A stretch of DNA of 64,000 bases from Felis catus (GCF_018350175.1 NC_058368.1:230146001-230210000); one strand, 5' to 3'. Shown: positions 27,113 to 41,933, numbered from the stretch's first letter. Notes: generated by a model not told the origin, from the letters alone. Translations and numbers: made by a program.

Positions 27113-27682
27113 TCTAATTCTTCTTTAGTGAATTGCCTGCCTACGTGTTTTGACCCTCTTTCTACACCATTTATCTTTTGCTTCTTGCTTGGGCTTCTTT
27201 CTACACTATTTTTTATTAACAATTATATACTTTGCAAAACATTTTCTTAGTCTTTTGTATGTTCAATTGTTTATGGAATCATTGGACTTAACAAAATCTT
27301 AATGTGACTTACTCTTAACTGGATTATAAATCTTAATTTGATAGTAAAATAAAAATAACGGGCTCCTATTTCTTCAACTACTTTCGTACTTATTTATTTT
27401 CTTGTTTGGGGTTCTGTTTGTTTCAAATGTCAGCCTAGCTGGGATATATTTTCAATATCGTATGAGACAAGTTCAGCAAACTTGAATTCTTTCAGATTAA
27501 TTTAGACTTGACTTTTCAACTTAAGAAAGGATCTAAATAGGTTTTTAGGAAATTGCATTGAATATATATATTCTGGTAAGAAGTAGCATTTAAAAATATT
27601 ATCTCTTGCCATATAGGAATATAATCTGTTTTCAAATTGCATGAAATGTTTCCTTTTTTGTTTGTTCTCCTTCTTTCAAATT

Positions 27683-27903
27683 AAAAAAATTTTTTTTACA
27701 TTTATTTATTTTTAAGAGACAGAGACGAGCATGAGCAGGGGAGGGGCAGAGAGAGAGAAGGAGACACAGAATCTGAAGCAGGCTGCAGGCTCTGAGTAAG
27801 CTGTCAGAACAGAGCCTGATGTGGGGCTCGAACCCACAAAACTGTGAGATCATGACCTGAGCTGAAGTCAGATGCTCAACCAACTGAGCCACCCGGGCGC
27901 CCC
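27683..27903 (-). mobile_element. CAN-SINE
   Basis: TSD ccttctttcaaatt on both sides. Confidence 0.95.
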
Positions 27904-30349
27904 AACCTTCTTTCAAATTTAAGAGTTAAACTATATATATTTTTTTCTTACACCTTTTCTGTTACATCTATTTCTAGACGTTTTATAACCTGATATTATG
28001 GTAACCCCCCCCCACACACACACACACCTAGTAATGTGCATTATGTTGTCTTTTCACCAACATACAGATAATGTATTGATTTTAGTATATGTCATATAAC
28101 CTACTGTTAAACCGATTCTTTTTTTTTTTGAGATAGTTATTAAAGTTTGTTTGTTATCACTTGATACTTTCATCTCTCCTAGGTAATCAACAATAGTGAG
28201 GGTTTTGTATTGTTTTTCTTTTTTAATTGGAATTCCAATATAGTTAACATAGGGTGTTATAGTTGTATTTTTCATATAACACCTCTTCTAGAAGGAGAGA
28301 GTTAGATACCCCTGGTGAAGGTCAAGATTGCTGACTTTATGTGCACACTTTTAGTTTATATTGTGCATTTCATTTCCTTCTGGTTTGCTGTCATTTTAAC
28401 TAGAATCTTTGCTCTTCATAAATAATTTTTGGCTAGTTTTTAGGAGTTCACACTTGCTCCGTATAGTACTTAAGGATCCTCTCTGTCATTCTTTATGCTC
28501 TAGAATAGTTAAAACAACACAATGTATTATGTAGAATTATTGTGATTAAAAAGCATCTGGGATATGAAATTTCTCTGTAAACTGGAAGGTAATGGTTAGG
28601 AGCAAGTGCACAGTCTGGAGGAAAATCAGGGTTTAAATTTCTGGTCTGACATTGACTCCGTTTTGACTTTGTACAGTTCACCTACTTACTCTCTGAGTAT
28701 AAGTCTCTGAAGTGCAGATAACAATAATATATAATTTCTTGAACTGCTCTCATGTATCTCTTTGGTAACACATCCTCTAACACATGAATAGCCTGACCTG
28801 CTATTCCACATCCATCAATTTTAATGTTCTGAATTAGATTATAAGATCCTTGAGCATTCTATATTTATTTTGAATCCCCTGAAACTTGTAACCTACAGAG
28901 GAGGCAGGCAGTACATTGTCTGATTAATTGAATTTCAGAACTGTCTTACTCATTTTTTCCTCACGTAGTTCTCAGGTTATGATTCTTAATTTTGCTGGTA
29001 GAGTACATTTTATTCATTTTCCAAACTTCAGTCGACTCTGGGGAGCTCTACTTACTATATTAACCAAAACTAGGAAGCTCATCTTTAAACCATAGTTAAA
29101 ATGCCTTCTAGAAATAGTATATTTGTCACCAAATATTTATTCTCCGTCAAAGGTGATCATTTTACAATGTCATGTAAGAAAAATTAAATTAATAATCAAA
29201 AGATGGCTTTGTGAAGTTCAAAAACAAAGCCAAATCAAACATGGAGACAGGAAATCGTTGGTCTCGGGCGACATATCATCTTGGCATGTTAGGGGTCCAT
29301 GGGCTACTCTCCCCCAAGGAATAGATTCTGGCTGTCACAGTGAGTAAATGCGGGTTCCCTTAAGTTATAGCACATTCCCATGGGAGACTGACCCTTTCTT
29401 ACTTGCCAGCTCTCGGTTTTGTAGATTCTCTGCTACATTTTCTAGATTCTGTGCTACACATTTACTAGTTCCTCATAGGCCCTGTGCTCCTATCGCTCCA
29501 AACCGCCAATCCGGACCCAATATCAACTCTGCACAACACCATATGACAGATTCTGTAGTTTGTCAGGAGTTGGGGGGATGGGGGAGATGTTGCCACAGAG
29601 ACACAACTCTTGGTGGCAGCTTCGAATACTGAGTGAGAGTTCACAGGCTGAACAGTAGAGGAAGTGAAGGGACAAGAGCACAGTCAAAGCCAAGGATGTG
29701 CAAAAGAACTTGGAGCACTTGGGAATATGGAGTGGGGCTCAGTTTGGCTACTAGAACATGGAGAATGTGGTTGAGATGCAACCAGAAGGAATGTCTAGGG
29801 AGAGCCAGTTGGTGATATCACCATGTTGACCCAGACTGATTCTGTTCTCTAGTTCTGTGCCTGTGTTTAACTACCCTTCTCAGTTCCTCTGTGTTGAGTC
29901 GCTTGTATGACCAATCCAGTTTTCCTTTCCCTGGATCAGCCTGGCGGTGAAAAGTCCATTCTGGGACATTGTTTTTCCTGAATCTGTTTCCTGCCTCTCT
30001 TTCTAATCTTCCAGCGTACTCCTAGGAGTTGACTTTCCTTTAACCTTTGTTGAACACTTTCCACTTTCTGTACGAGAAATCATTCATTTGCCAGGCATTT
30101 ACTGAGAATTAATTCCATGCCAAGAACATGCATCCCTGAACCATAAAGAGCAAGGATCCCTACTCTTGGGGAGCTTATGGGGAACCACAGGCATTGTGCA
30201 CGAGTGAAGTATGACAGGTTATAAAGCGAAAGCGTGATGTCGAGCATGGTAAATCAAGAGTTACGTGCTCCATCTAACGGCGCACAAATTCTCTTTTTAA
30301 AAACACCAAACAGCACAATGAGCCACGTCTTCCAGTTGGGTCCACTCCA

Positions 30350-31480
30350 ACTTTAAATGCCATCTGTTCTCTGCCAACCGCCAAATATCTATCTCCAGCT
30401 CATTCTCTCCATTGAACTCCAAACAGCTCAGAGTTTCCTTTTGAATTCCTCATTCCCTAAACTCCAAGGTGCGAACTCTCATGGCCCCTTAGACGTCTCC
30501 TAGGCCCACATTCACCACACCCAAAAGTGACCTTTCCATCTCACCCAGCCCAAACCTGTACTTTCTGCACCTGCTTCTCCCAGCCGGAAAGCAGAAATTC
30601 CATTTCTCCAGCTGCTCAGATACAAAAACTCAGGTGTCACCTTTGACTCTCACTTTTTCTCACGTTAAGTATTAGACCCATCAGCTCTAACTTCAAAAAT
30701 TATCCAGAATTCACATCATTCTTTCTGCTTATCTTCTGCCACCTTTGGGACAGCACCACCGTCCTCCACCTGTTTTTGTCTTTGTCCCTGAGCAAACTCA
30801 TTTTCCTAAGAGCCAGAGGAGCCTAGAAACAGGAGTCAAACTATTTCACTCCTCTGACCAACATCTCTCCACGGTTTCTCATCTCAGAGAAAAGTGCATG
30901 TCCTTACAATGGCCTAAAGGATCCTCATACACAATTCTGCTTCCCCCTCTGTCCATTACCATCTTCTGACCTCCTCCTTCTCTCCTCCCTGACCCTACCT
31001 CCATCCCTCTTGCCCGCATCCACCCCATCTTATTTTGTTACAGCACCTGGCTCTCCTTCAGATGATCAGTCTTCCAGCCAGGTTCCAGCATCAGGACTTT
31101 GCATTTGCTGGAGCTCTCTCCCCTACCCCTAGTCATCCACTTACTCTCTCACCTTCTTCAAGTCCTTGTTCAAATGTCACCTTCCCAGCGAGACATTTTT
31201 TTTAATGACCTACCAACCTAAAATGACATTGGCCCACCCCTGGCCATCTCTACCTCCTTCCCGCGCCCGTTTCATCTTCCTCTCTGGCCCTTCTCTGTCT
31301 GACTCACTATCTGCTCTACTTACGTGCCTTTATTGACAGCCTTTTCCCACTGCAGTGTTGACACCTTGAGGATAGGGGATTTTGATCCTTTTATTCATTG
31401 CTTCATTCCCAGGACCTAGATTTGTGTCTGACACATAAAAGGCACTGAGTTATTTTATGTTTCATGAATGAATAAATGAA
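30350..31480 (+). mobile_element. L2 LINE 3' portion
   Basis: Pyrimidine-rich L2 motifs (caaatatctatctccagc, ttcaaatgtcaccttc, tgtgtctgacacataaaaggcact), ending atgaatgaataaatgaa. Confidence 0.85.
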
Positions 31481-32233
31481 GGCACATGGGAAAATTCCTC
31501 TTCATTGAATCTTAAACATTCCTTGTGTCCGTGCTCAGAATGCTTTATCATTCAAATATTGTGTGTAGGGGGGTTGCATTTCACCAGGGGGCCTTGCTTC
31601 CTATACTCCTATCCATAGAGATGTAATGTATTGGGGATAAAACCCTAGACTGAGAAGCTGTGGTGTGCAGACGAAGGGCGCTGGGAAACCACATGATGCT
31701 GATCCCTGCTGTATTGAGGGCAGTGCCAGAGAGGCCAGAACATAACCAAGTTCATGTGTAAGTCTGGGCTTCGGGCATGGGAGAGAGCTTGACTTTATAA
31801 TACCTTTTGAGCTGGCACAAAGTCGTGTTCCTCAGACCCAGGGGACCGGTAGCAGGGATCAGGCACTTCCCCCACCCCTTGAGGCTGTGTGCTATTCTTT
31901 ACCCCTTCTTGTAGTCAAACGACAATGCAAAGGAATTCACAAAGAAATGGCATAATTAAAATCTTTCCAAACAGTGCAATCTGAGGCTTGCACAGGCTGC
32001 TTTTTGTGTCGGTGATTCCAGTGTCTGATTTTGGTCTCCCTCAGCCAGTGACTTTGCAACTTGTCTGTCTATGACAGCAGAAAGTAATACATCTCATAAC
32101 CCAATGTGTCCACACAAATGTGGCTGTTAAACACAGAGAAGAGTTAGTCTTCTTAGGTTTGCAGCACCCAGATGATTTCTGTTTTGTTCTCTTCTATTTT
32201 ATTATTACTATATTCTTAATTCTGACGGACAAC

Positions 32234-32676
32234 CAGCATTAAGGTAAGGCAGGTGAGAAACTACCTAAAGGCATGATACTTAAGGGGTGCGGGGCAAAAA
32301 TCACTATTAAGACAAACGCTATTTTAAGGCAATATTTCAAAAAATCCAAATCAAGGCAAACAACCCACAATCAATGACTTGTGGAGATTTTAAATACAAA
32401 AAGGCAGTTGCATGATTTACGACCCTGGTGTAGGGTGCACCTCTACGTTATTGTGCCCTTGACAGCCAGCCACGCGTGTCACCGCTGGTGGGTTTACAAA
32501 GGTTGACAACGGCATGCAAATTAGGCAGCATGGGGCTTTCTAGCCATGCTTTTTGATTGTAGAACTTTTATTAACTTTTGCCACCTGGTTCAGAATATGA
32601 GAGTGTATCTCGATGAGTGGACACAGGGCGTATTTCTCCTTTTGCCTCAGACTCCAACATGACTCAGCCCAACACT
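32234..32676. mobile_element. Non-autonomous hAT-like DNA transposon remnant (MER-type)
   Basis: aaggcaggtgagaaactacct...aatatttcaaaaaatccaaat and ttttgcctcagactccaacatgactcagcccaacactg resemble the two ends of a mammalian hAT MITE. Subfamily not assigned. Confidence 0.45.
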
Positions 32677-32899
32677 GCCGGTTGACTTGTCTCTACCTCT
32701 ATGTCCCATACTATTGGTTGGAAAGAATAGCGCCCTAGTCTGTCACCGACCTTCCTAGGATGCGTGGCTTGTGCCAGTGTGGGGAGTTCACCTGCCATCA
32801 ACAGCTTCCCCTCCCACTGGTCTCCTAGACAGGCCATCCCGCACACCTGCACGGGGCTCTGTGTAATCCTTCTCTTCCAAGTTGTTTTTTTATATGATT

Positions 32900-33065
32900 T
32901 ATCTATAATGTATACTATTATGTCTTATGTATATAATATATATATATATGCACCTATAAACACATACACACACACACACCTATTTTGTAACTGTATATAC
33001 CTATAAACTATATATACTAACTATATACACCTATAAACACATGCACACATATACACCTACTTTTG
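32900..33065 (+). repeat. TA/CA low-complexity tract with an internal 77-bp-offset duplication
   Basis: cacctataaacacat...cacctattttg at 32951 and cacctataaacacat...cacctacttttg at 33028. Confidence 0.8.
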
Positions 33066-36000
33066 AATCATAGAGAAGGCATGTTTTAGGTTAACAGAAA
33101 CCTAAGTAGTTCCATCAGAATGAAGAGCTACCACTGAATCAGCATTAGACATAAGATACTAGGAGCCTGAAGGGAACGATCTGAGCACCTGACTCACATC
33201 ATGGGCATAGCAGGTGGGAGAAGAAAGTTTAATAATCAGCCCCTTGAAATGATAGCACAGGAGACGCAAACTTAATGTGGTCTTTACTTTGCCGGTGGAA
33301 ATCTTAAACCATGAGGAGATGATGGCCCTGCCCAATTTTGCTCAGAGCTGCGTTGGTGAATTAAAATTCCAAGTTTGCTTCCTGTTCCAGTATTCGGTGT
33401 AAGAGAAGATCCTCCAGTGTTCTTTAAATGCCATCACTATTTAAGCTTGTGATGACAATGGCGAGATTCTAAGTGAGAGGGACATGGAGAATAGCGTTTC
33501 CATCCAGCGTCTCCTGGCCCTGGAATTCACCATGTATGCATTTCTTTATGTTCAGATTTCAGCTTAGCAGAAATCGAACACACACAGTGGTGTGTTAAGC
33601 AGTTCCACGTTCACAGTTAATCTCAATGGTGATAAGTGCCAGAGTACTCGAAGACCAGTGCTAAGTTCACAGGACTGTGGAACAAAATGCATAATTATCA
33701 TAGGCCGGTGGCAAGTTGAGCCTGTGAAGGGGAACACAGGCATAGACCTTTGGGAAGTAATCAAGCAGCAGCAATGTGCCTGATTTAAGAAGATCTTAAA
33801 AGAAAGGCTGTTTTCTCTGGTTCAAATAAAGGAACAGATGTGGCTGGTATGATGTGTTTTGACAAAGTGCTCCAAAGACACGGTGCTTAAAAGGCTGAAA
33901 AGCCACTGCTCCAGCAATTCCCATCTTCTAAGTGCCACACTGTTGGATTTCACATCTCTTACACAGGGAAGGAACGCAGTTCATGAAAGTGCAGGGGGCA
34001 TGAGCAAGTCCAGAGCCGTGGGTAAAATGCAAGATGTTACATTCAATCAGCTGTGTTCTGATAACCGCTTTTGGTAAAATAGAGATCAAATTCAGAGGTC
34101 CCCAAGCGCAGCAAAGGCAGAAGGACCCATGATAAAATGGATACAAATGGATAAAACAGGGTGGAAGAAATTTAAATGAAATCTCAGTCTACTATGAAGG
34201 AGAAGAAAACGGAATCACGCACAAGCACATTTGTATATTCCTCCTTCCCCTCGTCCATATGCGTGAGCGAAAGAGTCTAATGTGAGGGTCTAGGATGGGC
34301 AGGTAATGAAAAATAATTCTAGTAGACTTATTAATAACAAGTTAATTTCTACCAAAATCATATTTTTTTGTCAAGTGAGTTAATCTGAGTTAATTATGTC
34401 ACCCCAAACTGAATGATTGAAGATAATGTCTCACTACTTGACATCGGTCATATTTATTTGCTTGGTTTAAATCCCGAAAAATCAAGACAGCACAAGAGTA
34501 CAAGTTAATATGCCAGTGGTTCCTCATCTTACCAATGTTTTCTTTTTTTTCCCATCCACATGTTCTAAGGAAAAGTGAAAGTCATAACCTAATGAGAAGA
34601 AATTTCTCATGCACCGTTGTAACCATAGTGGAAAGATAAACTTGGTATTGTTAAGATAGGTGATGTGTATTCAAACCATCATCACTTTCCCTTGGGTTGA
34701 GTCTACCCTCCAAATAGGTGTATGTCTACTCTAAGATTACCCTCTCATAATAGTCAAATTTTTACACAAACAACAATACTTGCCTTTCAGAGAAAACATC
34801 CTGCAGAATTGAGAGTGCATAATGGTCAATTATCGTGATAATTATGGTATAAATCATGACTGGCAAATAAAACAATGAAATATAAAAGATCTGCTTGTAA
34901 AGCTGTGAGAACAAATTCACACAAAAGTCATTCAGCACAGTCTCATTCTTCTTGCCTTTCAACTGACTCCAGTCAAGGCAGAAAAAAAACATCACTGAAG
35001 GCCAATTATTTCTTTAGTCAGCTCTTCTTAAATGTGAATCTCCCAATGGTCTTTGTTAAACTACCCTTATACAAAAGGGGCAAGTTTCATTTCAGGCCAG
35101 GCAGAGTTAACTAAGACCCATTCCATTCCATCCCATTCCACTCCTGTACAATGTTATAATTTAGCTTGCAGGAAAAGGCAAACATAGAAATCACTGTAAC
35201 AACACAACTATTACTTCAACAGTACACGGCTCTACTGGGTTTTTTTTTTATTATTTTTTATTTATTTTTTACTATAAAGAGTGTTAAAACCTTACACTGA
35301 TATAGCATTTTCCATTTCTGAGGTAAATTGGGCAATACAGTCATTTAATTCTAACAGTGACCACCACGTGAGTTTACTATATACCTCTTGCTCTACCCAG
35401 AAATAGCACCCCCTGGGGCATGTTCCCCATACTGGCTGGGAAACGGATTATTATTCACAGAGAAAGAAACTTGGGGGAAACCATGACTGGAAAGCTTGTT
35501 GGGTGTGTGGAAGAATGGGGTTTTGAATATGTGAAGGTGATATGGAATCAGCCAGGTCCGTGTTTGTTTTTGCCTCCGTCTGGCAGTGGGATTTCTCTAA
35601 ACCTTCCTTACCCGTGTGGACCTTCTATGCCTCACCTGAGAAACCTTGATACCTGTCTTGCATTATTATTGAAAAGTTTGCGTACAGTCATGCTTGTCAC
35701 TCACACGACATGTTGTGTGGCACCCGGTAAATTTTCCAAGTAATCGCTCTTAATGGCAATTATATCTGAGCATGGAATGGTCAAGTGGGAATTTAAAGAT
35801 ATCCTGGAACTCTGCAAAGTCATTAATAATGCAAGACTGTTGATAGAGTTACAAGTCCTTAAGTGAATTTTCCAAGTTAATTAGTTTCCTGAATCATCCG
35901 GTTTGAGTCCATCCAGGTTGAGCAACGTAAAGCCATCTATTTCTTTCCTTTATGTGAATATAGGGCATAAGATGCTGAAAGCAATCCTGCATTTAAATAT

Positions 36001-37202
36001 AGAAAGTGGAAGAAGGTAAAGCCTCCACTTCCCATGCCAGCCTCTACTTCCTCATAGCAGTTAACTCCGTGCGCCATATTGCAAATTCCACTGCTCAGAC
36101 TTCTGGGTCTCAGGCTCTCAGTTTGCCTTGCTGGCATTGGGAAATCTTAGCACATCAGAGTTTGGATGTTCCTTCTGCCTTGATTGGAGTTCACTCTTTA
36201 TACAAAGTGTGTTTCCCCTAAATTTCTGAAAGCAAGAGACTATAGCATCCTCACACCCAAATGAGGCACATAAATACTATTGAACCCAAATTGGGCATTT
36301 TTATGACATTAATTGTTCACTTTTAGGTTCTAGAGTGGATAGAAGGCAGTAAGAATTAGGCATTCAGCTCCTTGAGTAAATTTAATTTCTGGCGATACAG
36401 TTTCTTGAGCAAGCTTTGATAGGTCGTTTCGCCCCTTGGTCTTATAGGACCAAAAAAAAAAAACAAAAACAAAAACAAAAAACAACTGTTGTGAATCCTA
36501 AGTTCTCACTTTCTGCCAATATCCAGGCTACTGAAACCTCATGAGGTATATTGGCTTCTTTGCAGTGTGAAGGGAGAATGGTGGTAATACCTGAGACGTG
36601 TGTCATTTATAAACTCTACCTTAAAGACTTTCCATAGAAGTCTGCTTGGTGGTTCAGAAAATTCTCCCTGTGGAGGCAGCATAACTTTGTTACTCACAGC
36701 TCAGCTTTGCTGGGCAAATGCAAAAATGGGTGGCAGCAAGTTGGCACAGAAGTATAGCTCTAGCATGCAGAGCTGGGGAGAGGCAGGTGTGCACATCCAG
36801 AAGTTGAGGACGATTCAAGGGCACCATGGAAGGTAATTTATAATAATGAGAACAAGACCTGGGAAACAGCCATAGGCAACTTTGTTGAACTAGCAGGACT
36901 CAATCTAAAGGGCTCAGTTTGAATACTTTAAGACCGAGAAATTGCAGTTATCATGGTCTTCAGAGATATTTCATAAGAAAAAAAAATATTTTTTCCATCC
37001 AATATTCATAGCGGTGCTTCAAGCCAACCATAATTTTTGAGCAGACATATGCCAGGGCACCTTCTATGTTGGTGCCCTCTTTCAGGTTCGCCCTCCAGGA
37101 AAAGCTCTAACCTGTTTTTTGAAAGCTATCCAGTGTCCAAGGCCAAGGTCAACTACTACCTACTCCAAGGTGCTTTTTGGACTCTCACATCTCCACCAAT
37201 TT

Positions 37203-37413
37203 CTGTCTTACTCTGTTTGGGTTGCAATAACAACACACCATAGACTTGGTGTGGCTTGTAAACAACAGAAATTTCTTTCCCACAGCTCTGGAGGCTCCAA
37301 GTCCAAGATCAGAGTGTCAGGATGGTCGGATTCTGGTGAGAGCCCTCTTTGGGGTTGCAGGGAGGAGGTTCAATACGATTTGGGGGATGGACACAAGCAT
37401 TCAGTCTGTAACA
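37203..37413 (-). mobile_element. MLT1 LTR with a central deletion
   Basis: Both LTR ends are present (tgtcttactctgtttgggttgc...; ...cattcagtctgtaaca) but the element is only ~210 bp. Confidence 0.8.
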
Positions 37414-37935
37414 TCCAAGCAGCTCTCTTCCTACTGGGCTCTCCTAGTATCATTTTTGAAACTTGATTCTCATTGTTATAAAATTTTTGAATTACAATAT
37501 GTAAGTCCTTTTATGTTCTTCCTAATAGATTGGAACATCTTGATAAACCTAGCTCGTTTGGGGGAGTTGGGAGAGGAAGACCCAATACTTTGCCCAGTGC
37601 ATGGAGTAGAAGCTAATAATTAATTGAATTATTAAATAAATAATAATTGTATAAACAACTCATTGAAATCTGAACCTTACAAACCATGCTGGATTGTTGT
37701 TGTTGTTGTTCTACTTCCACCTGGCCAGAAAGGTTACAAATGTTCAGAGTTTTTCTATAGAATCTCAGTGTAAACCGGATGGTCATGTATGGGTACCTCA
37801 TTTATGTTCCCTCTGTTCCAACCAGCATGGATGCTATTCTTAGCACTATTTCCGGCTTACCAAGGAAGAAAGGGCTCTTTAGCTGCAGTCAGACTTGGTC
37901 ACAGGTGCATGCAGGAGCTTAAAACTCTATGTGGT

Positions 37936-38155
37936 GGGGCGCCTGGGTTGCTCAGTCGGTTAAGCGTCCAACTTCGGCTCAGGTCATGATCTCGCGGTCC
38001 GTGAGTTCGAGCTCCGCGTCGGGCTCTGTGCTGACAGCTCAGAGCCTGGAGCCTGTTTCAGATTCTGTGTCTCCCTCTCTCTGACCTTCCCCCGTTCATG
38101 CTGTGTCTCTCTCTGTCTCAAAAATAAATAAACGTTAAAAAAAATTAAAAAAAAA
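37936..38155 (+). mobile_element. Young felid CAN-SINE (SINEC_Fc-like)
   Basis: CpG-rich, near consensus. Perfect 14-bp TSD aaaactctatgtgg. Confidence 0.97.
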
Positions 38156-39059
38156 AAAACTCTATGTGGGATCAGGGACATGTTCAAACTTGTCACTACT
38201 AGGACCAACACAACTACTTTGCACCAGCATGACCACTGGAATGCAGTAGGTCCCACAGAGACTCTTCTGAAATACTCTGGTCTCAGACCTTGTCCTTTTA
38301 TTCACAATTGTCCCTGCAAACTTTGTCTTCAGTTCTTGATTCAGCCATGGGTCTTCTCACAGTATATGGACTGTGCAGATACCTCCTGTGTCCTCTCCAT
38401 TGTGTTCCAGGACAGGTTTTTTACTGTCTCTCAATATGAATGTCATCCCTGGGAGTGCTGATGAAGCCATCCGCAGCCCCTCCACCCCACATCCCCCTCC
38501 AATACCCCCACCACTTGTGGTTGAGGGTACCAGTGAATTCTTCTGAAGGCAGTGAGAGCAAACTTGCTTGGGCTCTCTCGTTTGCTCTGGAAGCCACAGG
38601 CACTGCACCCCATCCAGAACTCAGTATCCCCTTCCCCTTCTCGAATGATAGGATGCCCTTGGGATGCCAGGCGTTGCTTATATCTTTATTACTTGGTCTA
38701 GGGAAAGCTTATTACTTACAATAAACCATGTGGACATTCAATGCCAGAGTGAGCTAGAAAATGCTACAAGTCACATTTGCTTCTTATTGATTTTGCATTT
38801 GCTCTCCTCCCCATCTCCTCTGCCATTGGCTTGCTTCTGTTGAATGCCATAAAATCTTTGAGAATGCCGTTGTCTTCCCTTCTTCTTAAGCCCTATACTC
38901 CAAAGATCTGGCTATAAAGTGAATCTTTTTACTTTATTTCTTGAGTTCTGACAATCTGTTTTGTATTTTCTGCTGAAGATTTTGACTTGCTACTAAATTT
39001 TGAGTATAGACAGCAGTGCTAAAATTTAATCAGTAACGATCTCTTGTCTTCACGTCTTC

Positions 39060-39620
39060 ACTGAGACTAGGAAACATTTGGTCTTATCCATTCCACTCTC
39101 TGTACTGAACTTGATGTCAGCATAATTGCTGGTCAGTCTAACATTTTCACACTGTACATGTTTCCAAATCAGAAAATAGACTATAATATAAAAATCAATA
39201 GCAGCCCTAACTATCTGTAAGAACCTGTTAGAAAATTTAACAGTATAAGATCTCAAATTCAATAGCTGCAAACCTGTAACATTCTTGGAAGTTACTTCAA
39301 CCAAACATGCTTGGAATCTAAATGCAGAAATTTACAAAAGTAATATATACGAACACCGAAAAGACGTAAGTTCTTCCAAAATACACTTAGAAAGTAGATT
39401 CTCCCAGTTAAACAATTCATTAGGGATGAGTCAAGAAAATACGAAAGGAAAACTAATCCAAGGTTTTTCTGGAAAAATGAATGCATGAAGCTAAGAAAAA
39501 AATAGGAAAAGAGTAATGAGAGGTAAAATTTCTCTTCATTTATAATAGCAAAAAGCTAAAATAAGTAGAATTGTGTGGTGCTACTGCCAAGAACATTCCA
39601 CAAAGCAATGGCAAAGCATG
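39060..39620 (+). mobile_element. Very old L1M ORF2 fragment
   Basis: aacctgttagaa...aaattcaatagc...aaacatgcttggaatctaaat...gtagattctcccagttaa...gaattgtgtggtgctactg. Confidence 0.5.
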
Positions 39621-41074
39621 AGATCATTCTATTGAAAGATACTGCTTGACTATCCCATCTATTGTAAAGCAAGAATTAACATGTTAGTTAGTAAGGGTTC
39701 TGTTACGTTCAATGTTTTCCAACAATCATAAGGATTAAATGAGAATCTACCCTAAAAAACTGAGGATGAATAAGTACTTATGTAAAAGGAGAGCCGCACG
39801 CGGTGACACTTTTTGCTTCTTCTGCACTTAGTTTTAAAGGCAAGAAATTAAACAGGTTTTAGGGATATCCTTTGGATATTATAATGTCTGCCTCTGAAAA
39901 TAAATTAAAGGCTGAACTGTTCTACATATGCTGACAAGAATACAAGTGCGTTTGCCAGCCTGTATTATGGACAAAATGGAACCAGGCATATAGACTTACT
40001 CACCTTAACAATTTTAATATTTAAATAGTACCAAATTCCGGTATCTTGTGGCTTTACTTTGGAACTAATTCTATATTAAACCTAATTCCTATTCTTCTTG
40101 ACAGTGATATTTCTTATTTCTGGCATTGGTAACTCCTACTTGGAAATTAAGTCTTTACAATGACAGGAAGTTCCCATATCAATTTTTCTCAGAATGATTT
40201 TGGCACGATATTTAATGGACCATTTTTTGGCCTTTATAGAATGAACTGTCTGAGCTTTTAAAAGTCACAGTCAATATGTGTCTGTCAGATAGAGAGGGAC
40301 ACGCTAATTAGTAGCATGTGCTCTCAATTTGTTTAGCATTTACTGTCGGTAAATACCTTTATCAAAAGCAATACTCTCTTCCTGGAATGTGTTATTAACA
40401 GACGTTGATAACATCACTAAACATGTTTTAAAGACAGTAGGAACTGATGCAATCTGAGTATAATCAGTTTCTCCCTAAAGAAAAACAATGAAAGAAACTT
40501 TTTAATGCAGCAGAAAAACATTCTGATGTATTGAATTTCCTTTCTTAGACTAGAAAATATGTAGTAAAATGTTATAAAAAAAGATAGAAAACTAAATTAA
40601 ATGTTTAAAAAAATGCATTGAGATTATTAAAAAAAAATATTGACCCAATTCTGGGTCGAAGCATGGTTCTGTCCTACTAATTGAGCAATTGGGGGAATTT
40701 TTTTGACCCAGTCTAATCTTAGTTATTAGGAAAAATAAGTATCTGTCACATCTGAATGACATGAGCATTAAGTGAACTAAAGCAGCCAAGTGCTTAGGAT
40801 AGGGCTTTGCAAAAAATTTCGGCCCTCACTGCCAAGGAACTATTATTGTTTTTATGCTTTCTTTCAGATAAAGAGTGGATTTCTTATATCCGCCCCCCCC
40901 CCCGTGGAGTGTTCCATCTATGCTAACTGTCAAACAGCCACTAGGGCAAGCCGAGGCTGTGACATGCATTATTTTCTAGTCCATAGTTCAGGAGTTGGGC
41001 AAATAATAATTACTGATCATTGAAGTAGACACCTCATAGGCTTGCCTTCTTTCTCCCCATAGTCTTAACAAGAG

Positions 41075-41375
41075 AATATAGCATAATAGTAGGAGCATGG
41101 GTTTCAGGGTTAGACACCCTGGGATCAAATTCCTACCCTCCCAACTTCTTAGCTACGCACATTTGGACAAGCTTCCAACTTGGTTTATAAAATGAAGATA
41201 ATAATCTTGTCTACTTCCTAATGCTACATGGAAGGTAGCCATAAATATTAGGTAATTCTGTTGTTTAATTTTGCCCTACAAGCGAAGGAAACTGTAACTC
41301 TGATAGGTGATGTAACCTGCCGGTAGTCATGCAGTGAGTCCCTGGTAAAGATCTAACTCAGATGTCTGAGGTCAG
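41075..41375. mobile_element. MIR fragments
   Basis: gggttagacaccctgggatcaaattcct...tataaaatgaagataataat, followed by gaaggaaactg...ggtgatgtaacctgcc. Confidence 0.6.
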
Positions 41376-41876
41376 AATCCTTTCTCGCCTTTTCCTCTCT
41401 GCTCCTCAAGCTTTCCTGGGTTCGGTGTTGCTGGGGACACAGGGTGCTTGAACTTGCAGTGAATTCAACAATTAAATTAAAAAATTCAACTGGGAAGAAT
41501 CCACAGAGAGGTCGATCTTGAGAGACCAGTGAAGTGTGGATATAAGGATAAGAGAAAAACATGAGCCCGTTTAGCTATAACTTAGATATAATGATGGTTT
41601 TTTATTAGGACCTGCACTGACTATGATGAATATTCATGAGTGATGAGACAGATAATCCAACAAAGAAACTAGTATTTGATACCGGACCCGGATTCTTAAG
41701 GGAATTATGTGTTTGGTGATCTCAGCATTACAAGTCACAGGCTAGAAAGTAAGTAGTGCATCATGTTGAAAATTGGCTCACTGCGTGGAGAAAAATTAGT
41801 CATCTCAATATCAAATCCTATAATTTCATAATCTAGAATACTATGTTGGTGACCGTGAAGAAGATAAGTATTTCTT

Positions 41877-41893
41877 TAATGTTTATTTTTTTT

Positions 41894-41933
<40 letters not shown>

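Noticed and set aside
33555..33783. 63-aa ORF with a possible acceptor and a GTAATC donor
   Set aside because: The donor is weak and I recognise no homology or other support.
37936..38010. tRNA-like A/B-box sequences
   Set aside because: These are the tRNA-derived heads of CAN-SINEs, not tRNA genes.
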